A stretch of DNA of 64,000 nt from Mytilus edulis (taxonomy: Eukaryota), in assembly GCF_963676685.1 (NCBI RefSeq), contig NC_092344.1:49662001-49726000 (forward strand), read 5' to 3'. The notes below the pieces were generated by a model. The model saw only the letters and a program-made list of their open reading frames with translations, did not search any database and had not been told where the DNA came from. Positions 38,535-51,085 of the stretch are shown here, piece by piece. Both the position numbers and the translations under genes were made by a program. The stretch's first letter is position 1. Every line of letters starts with the position of its first letter.

Positions 38535-38921
38535 TTTTTACTGGTCATCTATTGTGTGTTTTACTGGTCATCTATTGTGTTTTTACTGGTCATCTATTGT
38601 GTTTTTTACTGGTCATCTATTGTGTTTTTTACTGGTCATCTATTGTGTTTTTTACTGGTCATCTATTGTGTTTTTACTGGTCATCTATTGTGTTTTTTAC
38701 TGGTCATTTATTGTGTTTTTACTGGTCATCTATTGTGTTTTTTACTGGTCATCTACTGTGTTTTTTACTGGTCATCTATTGTGTTTTTTACTGGTCATCT
38801 ATTGTGTTTTTTACTGGTCATCTATTGTGTTTTTTACTGGTCATCTATTGTGTTTTTTACTGGTCATCTATTGTGTTTTTCACTTGTCATCTATTGTGTT
38901 TTTTACTGGTCATCTATTGTG
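38535..38921. repeat. Minisatellite, 17 copies of a 22-23-bp unit T(5-6)ACTGGTCATCTATTGTG
   Basis: Units counted directly; near-identical, differing mostly in T-run length. Confidence 0.95.
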
Positions 38922-39689
38922 TTGTTACATTTGATAGGTCTTAGGTTTTAACTTCGTTTACAAAAAAAGTCCTCACCGTCACAATTATTCTGCATACCGT
39001 ACTTACATCATGAAAAGTTCAACAGTGACCATTGTAGACAACAACAATGGTTAATTGTAAAATTGTAAAAAAAAAGCAAATGTAAATTGAAAGTCGATCT
39101 TTGAAATATATTTGTTCAAAACCGACCATGAACAATTAATTCTTTCATTTGTTAGCGAACGAAAAACGAGGAACGAAAATGTAAGACTCAGAAGTATATA
39201 TTTCGTTATTTCAACGAGAATTGTATACACCAAAGGACAAAGATGAAAGGTTGACTGTTGAAATATTTTCCAGTTTTCAGGTATTGAAAGGAAGTATTTA
39301 AGTATGCAAAATACATATTTAATTTCAGCTTGTTTGAAAAATGTTATGGTGTTCTTCGGCTTAGGTAAAGGATATAAGCCCTGTTCAATATTTTACAAAA
39401 TGAACTGTTAGAAGCTTATATCTTACTTAAAACATTGTTTAACATGTCAAGAAGGTGAAAAAAATGCAAGCAAATACAAATTTTTGATAAGATTTATTTC
39501 ATCAAGTTTTGTGAATAAACTTTCTGTACATTAAAATTAAGCATACATATTGGACCCTTTAAACAGTAGACGAACTTAAAACAATAGACAAAAGAAGGTA
39601 CGGCTGAAAGTAAACACAATGCTACATGAAGATTAAAACAAAGGGTATTTGTATCATAATTTTTGCGTGTGCAAAGACATTATTTTTGC

Positions 39690-39847
39690 GTGTTGTGTTT
39701 CAATTTTCGTCCCAAGACAAACGACAGCGCCACGATGCTCAAAATATCGTGCGACTGTCGTACGACGATCACAGATGACCCGCGATTTGATGAAATTTCA
39801 TGTCGTGGCGCTTCATAAATATGTCGTGGGTTCGTTGTGATCAGGGC
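39690..39847. mobile_element. Right-end fragment of the Harbinger-like element also seen at 44554-49293
   Basis: Matches ~49140-49293, ending GTTGTGATCAGGGC|TAA with the same downstream flank. Confidence 0.6.
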
Positions 39848-40580
39848 TAAACTAAGACAATTATCCATCGCACACGTAACAATGTTGAATTTTACAACTA
39901 TAGGTCACAGAATCACCTTCAACAATGATTGAAACCCATACCACATAGTAAGGTAAGCTATATTAAGGACCAACCATATGAATGTATGCATATAAAAATT
40001 AACAAATAAACATATTGTTCCCCTAGGTAAACAGTTATCACAATTAAAATATATTCTCATACTTTTTATGTTATAATTCAAGTTTCTTGTATACCTCTTT
40101 TAATAATCTGTTTAGATTTCTATGCAAATATCTTTCGCTTAATCTGTTTTTGTAAAGAAAAATCGTTCGTTTTCCGTTTTGTCTAGCTATCAGCACGTGG
40201 CCAGCATAAAAATTGAAGAATTTTTGTAGTTATTTCAGAATTCAAATCAATGTAGAGCTTGACAATGAATTGTCTTTGCTTTGCCGAAAAAAGGTTTTAT
40301 TATCGTTTATTATATGTTTTTTGTGAGTTACGGGTTACTGTAAATTAAACAAACCACCAATCATGTTTCCAATTGCTGCATGATTTTATTATCTTTATTC
40401 ATATCCTGTTTTATGTTTGCATGTTGTTATATCTTTTCAGATCAGTTTGATAAGATGAATGACTTATCAATGTTCCTGATGAAATAACAGAAAATCTATA
40501 AAATAAGAAAAACTGCAATATTTTATTTTTAAAAAAGATATCAAAAAGTGTTCATAGTCTGGATTTCGGTGATAGGCTTT

Positions 40581-41638
40581 TCATGGTGTGTATCCTTTAG
40601 ACAGTCTTCTTCTACAAATACTGTGACAATTAACAGTGGCACAGTATCTGTTTGTTGGACAATCCGCATCACTAAAACAATCGTTTTTACAATCAGTTTT
40701 TCCTCCTACCACTGACTGAGAAACGAGCCCTAAACCTGAAGTACGTGCTGATCCACTACGACTGGAAGAAACAGTGTCTAGTATCCCACGCCCACCTCGT
40801 CCAGAACTGATTACGTCATTAATATCTGCACCTGTATGACCAGACACTCCACGACCACTACTAATAGTTTCCAAATGAGAATTTCTGGACAGATCCACAT
40901 TTCTAGCCAGACCAGATGAACCAATTCGGCTGCCAGAGGTGAAATGATCATCATCGTCAGATAAAGCACGGGACAAACCAATTGAAGAACCTCTAATGAT
41001 TCCAGATACAGAGGACCTGCCTCCAACAGAAGCCCCAGACAATCCTCTACCGGAAGATGACCCGTGTGTAATAAATTCACTGCCGCCTATTCCATGAGAT
41101 GTTCTAACTCCTCTTGATCCTGCTCGTCTATTTGCATCAATAACATCCAGTACAGAAAAAGATCCTTCACCACGACGCCTGTTTATGTTCCTTCCAACTG
41201 TGTTTTCGACCAGTAAAACCTTCTCCACTCCATGTCTATCTAATGCATGCTTCTCCGAGGGTGCATATACTGTAAATATTGAATATCTGACAATTAACTT
41301 GATTTTCATGAATTGATTAATTGGGAATAAAAATACTGGTGAATTATTTTTTATTTTACAATACAATGATATCAGGTATTATCGACAATAAAACAACTAC
41401 ACACTATAAGCAAAGGAATGCTGTTGTAAGCTATTGCAGAGACTGTTCGATTTCGAATATATCAGCTGTTTTAAAGAACATTCTGTGGTAGGACATTCAA
41501 ATGTTATCTACACACTGAAAACACCTTTATTTGATACAGTTTATAAATTTCGGGAAAAACACATTGCACATTTTTCTTACCGGCTACTGTTATTGTGGTC
41601 AATGCCATCACCACGAAAATGGTCTGGAATTTCATCAT
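40581..41638 (-). CDS. Secreted Gly/Ser/Arg-rich WAP-like protein, copy 6 (short type, 248 aa)
   Basis: Coding exons 41638-41581 (MMKFQTIFVVMALTTITVA) and 41269-40581. TATA at ~42303-42310. Confidence 0.9.
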
Positions 41639-44600
41639 TTCTAAGTCTGAAATTTAGAGGAAACATATCCTTACTTACAAAATAGCAGTTCAAGTAATTT
41701 AATACGAATTATGTAAATAGTGAAAATAAAATTTCAATCTATAAATGCAATATAATTTTAAAGAGAAATTAAGACCACATTACAAATAAGAAAGATACAT
41801 AGGATGTATGTTCACGAATTAATAAATGCAGCAAAAGGAACTTCCATAACTTACATTGATTGTCAAGTACATGTATAAGATATACAATTACTTTTATAGT
41901 ATTTAAACTTAAGAAACAAACATTACTTCGAATGATTAATAACTTGAATATCGCAAATAATCATTTCATTCCGAATTCAACTTACGATTGATTTAAAAAC
42001 AAAAGAAAAATCAGTTATGAAAATAAATTATACTTTAAAGCAGTATTGTGTTATTGTATCTAAATTTAAATTACTGAGATCAATACCAAAATGTTGAACT
42101 ATGCATAACGCTTTAAACTTTATAAATCCAATTTTCTAAATCTTTAATAACTTATTTCCTATCTTTGTAACATGGCATTAATAATAATTATTTTATCTTT
42201 CATATTTATTTAGTTATGATTCTGCTTTAATAATTGCTTACCTTTGTTTCGAACAATTGGAATTATTTCTAATGAATACTGTTTTATTTCTTCCGAATCG
42301 TTCTTTTATACTGTTTTCAATAATATTGTTGATAATACACATGTATACAAGGAAGGATTTAAGTTAACCGCAAATGATGAATTCGTTAATTATAGTTGAA
42401 ACTTTAAATGTCACAGTGTCGTAGTATTAAGAAATTGCAGTTTAAGTGTATCTAAAGAAATGTTCTCAGGGTCAATGACACATTTTGTTTCCTCCTACAA
42501 TCGACCTAGTTTTCATTACGTCATAAAACATGTACGTGTAATAAAAGTATTGTTGTAAACTATTGTTAATGTTCTCAAATTAATGCATTTTATATTAACT
42601 TTGGTAGCCAGAGACTTGTACAGTTTGAAAAAAATAATAAACTGAAGTCTTTTATCTCCTTATAAACGATATTATTTTTTTCTTTGAATTTCTTGGAAAA
42701 CCGCTGCTTATAAAGGTTATGTAGTTGACGTTAATAGACTCTTCTTAGTGATTATAAGGATTTCATTTCAATCTAATGCACAGTGACTTGTCGGCATATG
42801 CTATACTAGTCTAATCTGAATAGGGCTCAATGAAATATTTGTTACGGATTTAAATAAACGGATAATTAAGACATTTTGTGTTTAATGTAAATTTTCGGAC
42901 AATTATTTGTCATCATAAATACGTATAGAGGTTTAAACAAGACTGCACACGCTGTAATATCTCGCCTTCTTTACTAATCATTGATATAATGTTGATATTC
43001 CTAAATATAAAGCTTTTTTACAACTGTCACATAAACTCAACAAAAACCAAGAAAACTAAACATTGATCAACGAACCATGAAAATGCAGTTCGTGTCTCTC
43101 TTTTTTTCGTTTATTTGTGTATTGGTGTCCCTTGCGTTCTTTTGTAATGTTACCGAAACATAATTATTTATCTCCATTTTCTTTTGCAAAACAAACTCTT
43201 TCTTATTTTCTTTTATAACATAAAACGATCACTACGAACAAAGTGCGAATCGGACACATCATTGATTTGTTTGACAGATAACAAGCGGTAATGTATTATT
43301 TTGTTCTGCTTCCCATATTCATCGTCGTTCATAAGCGAAGTGTTGTATTATATTCATACTCAAGCAATAATATAACACTTGAAAAAAAAAACCGTGTAAA
43401 TCAACGCCGAAACCTGAAAATTATACAAACTATTGTAGTCCCTTAGTTTATGAAGAAAGTTCTAAATTTGTACTTTGTAAACAGGATGAGGTTTAGGTTT
43501 TTATGGTCCTTGTAATACGGCGTGATCTAACAAATGTTAAACGCCTTACTTTATTGGTTTTTTTCATTTTGATTGTAGCTGAAAATGATGTTTTGAAGAA
43601 TAAGAGCAACACCAGAGGTCAATTGTGGTATCCGAATAAGGACGATGATAAATCTTTTGAAAAAAAAACAACATAAAAGCAACAAAAACAAGACTTATAG
43701 CGAACATTATCAACCAATTGAATTAGTATAGTGCTAAAGGAGACAACCCTACACCTGAGGAAACTAGCTGTGATATATGTATTGGTAGTATCAAAATCAA
43801 TTTGAAAGTATTTTTTTCTCGAAAAACGTTTTTAATGAGTAACAAAAGTATTGTAATGGAAGGTGGCTTTAATAAAATGTGCTTTTTTGTAATTGTCAAT
43901 AGTTCTTTTTTTTTTACATGATGAAAACAATGGGCGGTACTTTCTGATTTTTGTAAGTGATGGGATTATAACTTACCTGTAAGATCCAGTTGCGCTACTG
44001 TCAGCTGTCTAACAAATTTTAAGAAAACTAGAGAACTATTCTTACAAATATTGGACAGCTGAAGGTAACATTATGGTTTCTTACAGGTGAATGACATACC
44101 AATCACTGAAATAAAGAACGGGTACAACAAATGAATGACGTCACAACAATGTTTCAAACCCAATTAAACGAAACCTTTTTTATACCCTTAAAGCCGTTTG
44201 ATGGACGAGTTTTTTTTGTAATCAATGATAAACAAAACACACAATCTAAACCATATTCATTGATATTGATCGAAGACTGCAGCTTCAAGTATGATTTTAT
44301 GTTCTTGAAATTATATCAGAAAAGTATGTTTCATACAATAAAATAATAAAAGCGCATCTTAATTGTGAAGAGCTATTCTATTTTCATGATATAAAATACT
44401 ATCTATGTTTTCTTACAAAAACAATAATGAAATTTCAATATAAAAAAATGCTCGAGTCATGTAAGGTAGTTATCAAACATGAGATCTCAGAAAGTGCATC
44501 TGAAAACCATCTATTTATTGAATATAGAAATAAGATGTGGAATGATTGCCAAAACCGCGGTCACAACAGATCGTACTTTTTTTTGTCGTAGAAGATTCAT

Positions 44601-45483
44601 AAAATAGTTGTCGTGGCTTTGTCGTGCAAAATGTCAAATTTTTGTTTTCGAGTGATCACATCAGCTACGACATGTCCACGATGGTTCAACGATGGGTACA
44701 CGACAGAAAAAGAAATGCAATTGTACTGTCGTGTGTTTGTCGCAAGTCGGTCTTGCAACAGTCGTACGACAGTCGTGAGTTGTTTGGGGCTTTTTTCATG
44801 TTTTCATGTCATGGGATGCGTGTGTTACTGTCGTGTTACTGACGTGTTACTGTCGTAAGACTGTCGCACAACAGTTGTGGGTCACTCGTGCGTTTGACTC
44901 CGAACTACTAGTATAGAAAGAAGGCCCGATTTATTGCGTGCCATTTGCCATTTGCTTTCAATATTATTCAGTGTCATTATAAGTTCGGTCCAATTAAACG
45001 ACGATTCGTATTAGTTTATATTATAAACGTTCAGCGAATTTAAACCAGGATACCCCCGAAAAGGAAAATTGACAAAAGAAAGGTGGTAGCGACGCTAAAG
45101 CTAGGTTCATACTGCCGATCAAATCACCTCGATGATCCCGACTGTACAAATTTCCACGACAGAGCTGAACCAAATTCTTGATCGGGCCTTTTTACGACTT
45201 CTACCTGACCGCCATCCGACTGTAAACGATCTTAACTCGACCATTCACGACTCCTTAATGACTCCATCACGACTTCATCCCGACAACAAAATGAAAACTT
45301 ATTCGATAATTCAGATCAATTCACGATCTTTACACGATCTATACTCGACTAGGTAGACCAAATCAATGTTTCATGATCTCAGTTTGATCTCGACTAGACC
45401 AGATCGACTTGATCGTATGTGGGTCGTAGGGATTATCGGGAACTGATCGGGTATGCACAATCTTAATATTAAAACGTGCGATA

Positions 45484-45760
45484 CTTTTATTCCCCGCCGC
45501 TTCGGAATGGGCATTACGTGTTTCCCTTGTCCGTCCGTACATATGTGCATACGTCCCAACAATATTAGTTTTTGGTCTCTAATTTTATTTTGCCTCAACC
45601 AGACTTAATGAAACGCCGTATACAAAATGTTTGTTACGGTACCATAAAACACATTTCAAATGCGAACTTGGGTAGCCGTTCTTGAGTAATGACCCTTTAT
45701 AATGTTATATATGCTAGCTGGGGTATTATCAGTGTCCCATGGACACATTCTCCATTTATT
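45484..45760 (+). mobile_element. Helentron/DINE-1-like non-autonomous element
   Basis: TTTTATTCCCC start, GTCCGTCCG microsatellite and 3' palindrome GTGTCCCATGGACAC followed by ATTCT, as at 12821-13080. Confidence 0.6.
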
Positions 45761-47657
45761 TGGTTATATTCAGTAGAAAGTCCGAGTGAAATCATACATT
45801 TAAATATTTAAATAGAAATAAAGCAATTGGATTTGTAGACAAGTTGGTAAGAGCTCAGAGAGTTCGATTAATAGCTGTGACGGAGCTTGAAGAGAGCAAA
45901 GTAGACGAACAAGAAGGTGTAGGCAGCAACGGGCATCGAGTAATCTAGGTGAGGCAGTGGCTGACACAACGACCACATGTGGGCAGTATGAGAGACTTGC
46001 ACTTACTCAACAAAGAGTAACCCAATGGTCATAAAAATCTTCTCATGGTGGACACTGATATGTAATGGTAGTTTTAATGCTCGTTTTGGGAAATGACATC
46101 ACAAAATGACATTTGTAACTGGATTAGTACTTATGTTAGATAGCAATATACATAAACTGTACCATCCCCTTTTCCTTGCTTCCTTAAATAATAATTGATG
46201 AAGCTATACTTTGTTGTAGTTTTAACATTGGTAGGCATTATATTCGTGATTAGTTTGCCCGAGCGATAGTGATAGTATAGTACTGTTCATGTCATATGTG
46301 TGCATTAGTATGTAATCAGTATTTCGCAAAGATTTGATATCCAGTAGTTGAATGGTTAAAGATACTTTTTTCAGCTTGCTGTACGACACCAACCTGCATG
46401 TATTTGCTAAAAAATATTGCAAAAAGGAGGGCAAAGATGTCACATATTTCCCCAAAATTTGACCCAAAGTAGAATTTCAATCCCTTGGATTGATATTTTT
46501 TTCAAGCCGTTTACATATATCTACCAAGAGATCAAGAGTGTATTTCTTAAAGTAGATATCTTTAAAATATTCAAGGCAGAAATAAAATCTATAGTTGAAA
46601 TCAATAATATAATTAAAAGAAAAACCAGTGAATTGATTTTAAAAACCCTAAACTACATAAATGATCATAAATAATAACAAGGATTTGTACAAATATCCAT
46701 GAGATCACATGACCCAAGTATTAAGTCACATGACTTGAGCATGTCAGGTGACATTAATGTACTTTAATACCACGTGTTAAAAAAAAAGATAATAATGTAT
46801 CATTCAATATTGTATAATACACACTTTTTTGTCTTCTTTTTTTACTTTATACCTTATGTGTTTATCTTTGATAACTATGTGTAGTGCACTCTGATGTCGT
46901 GTATAATCATGTTTACCCGAGTAGTTTAGATACATCAGTCTAAAATACAACAGGTTTCAAATAAGTTAACAGTTACACTTTTATTATGATTCAAAACATC
47001 ACGCAAATTATGATCAACTTACCTTTTAAATTAGACAAACTGTCTAAGTATTGTGAATTAAATTTATCCAAATCACAAAGATAATGATGGCAAAACGATG
47101 CACATTTATCTAATATTAAAAAACACTATCGGACGGAAGTGAAATATTCTCCGGTAAACATGAAATCATTTAAAATATTGTAACATTGTAATGTAACATC
47201 AATTTACTTTTATTAGATATTCTCCCTGGATACCTAATAACTAATATATCAGGGATACTTAGTGCAATGCTGTACACTAAGTAAATTGTTAACAGCAATA
47301 GAGTGCAATAAAGTATATTATCCACGTTAAAAAAAAAAAAAAGAGTGTATTTCTTTCTATCCAAAGTTTGGTAAACTTTGTGTGCAATTTTTTATAGCTT
47401 GTTAAACATTACAGAAGTAGAAACAAATGCATCGTTTAATAAGAGTTTGCTGAACCTTTTGAACTGTCAAAAACGCATGCACATTTTGTTGTTATATGAA
47501 CTTATTACGTGGGAAATAGCCTCCGTAGAAGATATTATAGACATAGAGAACATCGCTCCTCTATGCATATTTAATCTTATTGGCAGTTTTTTTTTTTATC
47601 TTAATCAGATGAATGTATGAAGATAGTGATGATAAAGCCTTTAAAAAAAAAGAATTA

Positions 47658-47808
47658 TGTTCTTGCTTGTCATAACTAAAAAATATTGTCTACTCAAATT
47701 TAGGTATACCCTTCTTTCTTCCATAGCTGTTATTTTATGAAGGAAAGGAGGGTAATACCTAGATTTGAGTAATTTTCGACAATATTTTGAGTTATGACAA
47801 GCAAGAAC
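47658..47808. mobile_element. Palindromic MITE-like hairpin
   Basis: GTTCTTGCTTGTCATAACT...TACTCAAATTTAGGTAT...ATACCTAGATTTGAGTA...AGTTATGACAAGCAAGAAC. Confidence 0.7.
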
Positions 47809-50029
47809 GCGTTTAGATAATTAATTTAAGATTAAAGTTAAAAAGAAATGCATCGTTTGAACTAACAAAACGACAAACGACAAACTGTAGACGTATTTGC
47901 AGCAAGTATATAGTTTGTCAAATTTTATTCAAACTTTGCAAAAGTATGTTCGAAACAAATGATCAAACCGTGTGCACGCTGAACTGCTTGTATAGTTAGT
48001 GTAAGAAAGAAATTCACTCCAAATAAAAATAAAATATTTGCCTTTCGTCTCCTTTTTGTGTGAAATTACGTCAAAATGTTCGATTGAAAAACAATTGACA
48101 GTAAGGTGACCTATAGTTGTTGTTAATAATTTCTGTGTCATTTGGTGTTGTGCAAAGAGATGTCTCGTTGGTAATTGTACCACATCTTCTTTTTTTATAC
48201 TACAAACATTTCTATACAAACGGAATATACGGACAGACAAAACAGAAAATAGCCCATAAAACAGGTGAAATATAATCTTGATGTTCTGCCGAAACACATG
48301 AGTGCATCCCAGGTTATGTTGGGTTATGTGTTGCTAAGTTTTTAGTTTTCTACGTTGCCTCTCTTTTAAAATGATACCTCTCCTTGCAAAAGTAAAGACT
48401 TTTTTGATTGAGTTAAGCCTGCCAATTGATATTTTATCGTATGTTTTTCTATGTTGTGATGTTATGCTATTGTTTCAGAAAAAGGGAGAAGGTTTGGTAC
48501 CATTAAAACGTTTAATCCCGCTGCTAAAGTTGCACCTGCATGTACTAAGTCAGGAATCTGATGTACAGTAGTTGTCGTTTGTTTATGTAATTTATACGTG
48601 TTTCTCGTTTCTCGTTTTTTTTTATATAGATTAGACCGGTTTTTTTCCGTTTGAATGATTTTACACTAGTAGTTTTGGTGCCCTTTATAGCTTGTTGTTA
48701 GATGTGAGCCAAGGCTTCGTGTTGAAGGCCGTACATTGACCTATAATTGTTTATTTTTATATAAATTGTTATTTGAATTGAGATTTGTCTCATTGCTACT
48801 CACACCACATCTTCCTGTATCTATTATAAATAAAACGAAAAAATGTTGCACGACGAACGTACCACTATCGTACGACAGACAATCAATGTCGTGCGAGCGT
48901 CGTACGAAATTTGGTATTCGAGAGACAATAGTGCGACTGTATCACGAGTGTCTTGCGACAGTCATGAGATTGTCGTACGACAATCATGCAACAGTCGTAC
49001 GATTTTTTTGTTTCCAAATGGTTTATGTTGGTATCCACGACAATGTGTTTATCACAAGACAGTCGCACGACTGTGATAAGACACTCTCAAGACATCCCCA
49101 AGACAGTGAAACGACAAAAAATAGTTGAGCAAAAAAGGTGCATGTCCAATTTTCGTCCAAAGACGAACGATAGCGCAACGATGCTTAAAATATCGTGCAA
49201 CTGTCGTACGACGATCACAGATGACCATCGATTTGATGAAATTTCATGCCGTGGCGCTTCATAAATATGTCGTGGGTTCGTTGTGACCAGGGCTAAAATA
49301 AGACAAATATCCATCACACACGTAACAATGTTCAATTTTACAACTATAGGTCACAGAATTACCTTCAGCAATGATTGAAACCCATACCACATAGTAATGT
49401 AAGCTAAAAATAGTTCATATATCGTTTTATATTAAGGACCGACCATATGGATGTATGCATATAAAAATTAACAAATAAACATATTATTCCCCTAGGTGAA
49501 CAGATATAGCAATTAGAATATATTCTCATACTTTTTATGTTATTATTCAGATTTCATGTATACCTCTTTTAATAATCTATTTTAGATTTCTATGCAAATA
49601 TCTTTCGCTTAATCTGTTTTTGTAAAGGAAAATCGTTAGTTTTCCTTTTTGTCTATTTATCAGCACGTGGCCAGCATAAAAAATGAAGAATTTTTGTAGT
49701 TATTTCAGTGTGAATTGTCTTTGTTTTGCCGAAAAAAAACTTTTTTTATCGTTTATGTTATGCTTTTTGTGAGTTACGGGTTACTGTAACTTAAACAAAC
49801 CACCAATCATATTTCCAATTGCTGTATGATTGTATTATCTTTATTTATATCCGTTTTTATGTTTGCATGTTGTTATATTTTTTCTGATCAGTTTTGTTTG
49901 ACGAATGACTTATCAATATTTTTGAAGAAATAACGGAAAATCTATACAATAAGAAAATCTTAGTGCAATATTTTATTTTAAAAAAGATATCAAAAAGTGT
50001 TCATAGTCTGGATTTCGCTGAAAGGCTTT

Positions 50030-51085
50030 TCATGGTGTGTATCCTTTAGACAGTCTTCTTCTACAAATACTGTGACAATTAACAGTGGCACAGTATCTGT
50101 TTGTTGGACAATCCGCATCACTAAAACAATCGTTTTTGCAATCAGTTTTTCCTCCTACCACTGACTGAGAAACGAGCCCTAAACCTGAATTACGAGCTGA
50201 TCCACGACGTCTGGAAGAAACTGTGTCTAGTACAACACGCCCACCTCGTCCAGAACTGATTGCGTCAAGAATATCTGCACCTGTATGACCAGACATTCCA
50301 CGGCCACTACCAATAGTTTCCAAATGAGAATTTCTGGACAGATCCACATTTCTAGCCAGACCAGATGAACCAATTCGGCTGCCAGAGGTGAAATTATCAT
50401 CATCGTCAGATAAAGCACGGGACAAACCAATTGAAGAACCTCTAATGATTCCAGATACAGAGGACCTGCCTCCAACAGAAGACAATCCTCTACCGGAAGA
50501 TGACCCGTGTGTAATAAATTCACTGCCGCCTATTCCATGAGATGTTCTAACTCCTCTTGATCCTGCTCATCTATTTGCATCAATAACATCCAGTACAGAA
50601 AGAGATTCCTCACCACGACGTCTGTTTATGTTCCTTCCAACTGTGTTTTCGACCAGTAAAACCTTCTCCACTCCATGTCTATCTAATGCATGCTTATCCG
50701 AGGGTGCATATACTGTAAATATTGAATATCTGACAATTAACTTGATTTTCATGAATTGATTAATTTGGAATAAAAATACTAGTGAATTATTTTTTATTTT
50801 ACAATAAAATGATATCAGGCATTATCGACAATAAAACAACTACACACTATAAGCAAAGGAACGATGTTGTTAGCTATTGCAGAGACTGTTCGATTTCGAA
50901 TATATCAGCTGTTTTAAAGAACATTCTGTGGTAGGACATTCAAATGTTATCTACACACTGAAAACACTTTTATTTGATACAGTTTATAAATTTAATTCGG
51001 GAAAAACACATTGAACATTTTTCTTACCGGCTACTGTTATTGTGGTCAATGCGATCAACACGAAAATGGTCTGGAATCTCATCAT
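50030..51085 (-). pseudogene. Family copy 7 (short type) with one premature stop
   Basis: Exons 51085-51028 and 50712-50030 have intact splice sites. CGA>TGA at 50567-50569; otherwise in frame (one 6-nt deletion relative to copy 6). Confidence 0.85.

Larger units (their letters stand above)
44554..49293. mobile_element. ~4.7-kb non-autonomous TIR element (PIF/Harbinger-like) with nested insertions
   Basis: Termini ACCGCGGTCACAAC / GTTGTGACCAGGGC and GTCGT/ACGAC-rich subterminal regions. The two flanks are contiguous in the paralogous empty site at ~10004-10035. Confidence 0.6.

Noticed and set aside
38487-38951. Three overlapping hydrophobic ORFs of 130-154 aa, or a possible CRISPR-like array
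   Set aside because: They are translations of a stop-free minisatellite; units are contiguous with no unique spacers and no cas genes.
40581-41366. ORF-track N-termini (e.g. MYCKIKNN..., MFCITRF..., MSDIYIT...) as real starts
   Set aside because: These extend into intron 2 upstream of a conserved TTACAG acceptor; the true start is the 58-nt signal-peptide exon.
48736-49335. Cluster of short ORFs (also 39649-39868 and 44613-44858)
   Set aside because: They lie in GTCGT/ACGAC subterminal repeats of a DNA transposon and show no protein motifs.
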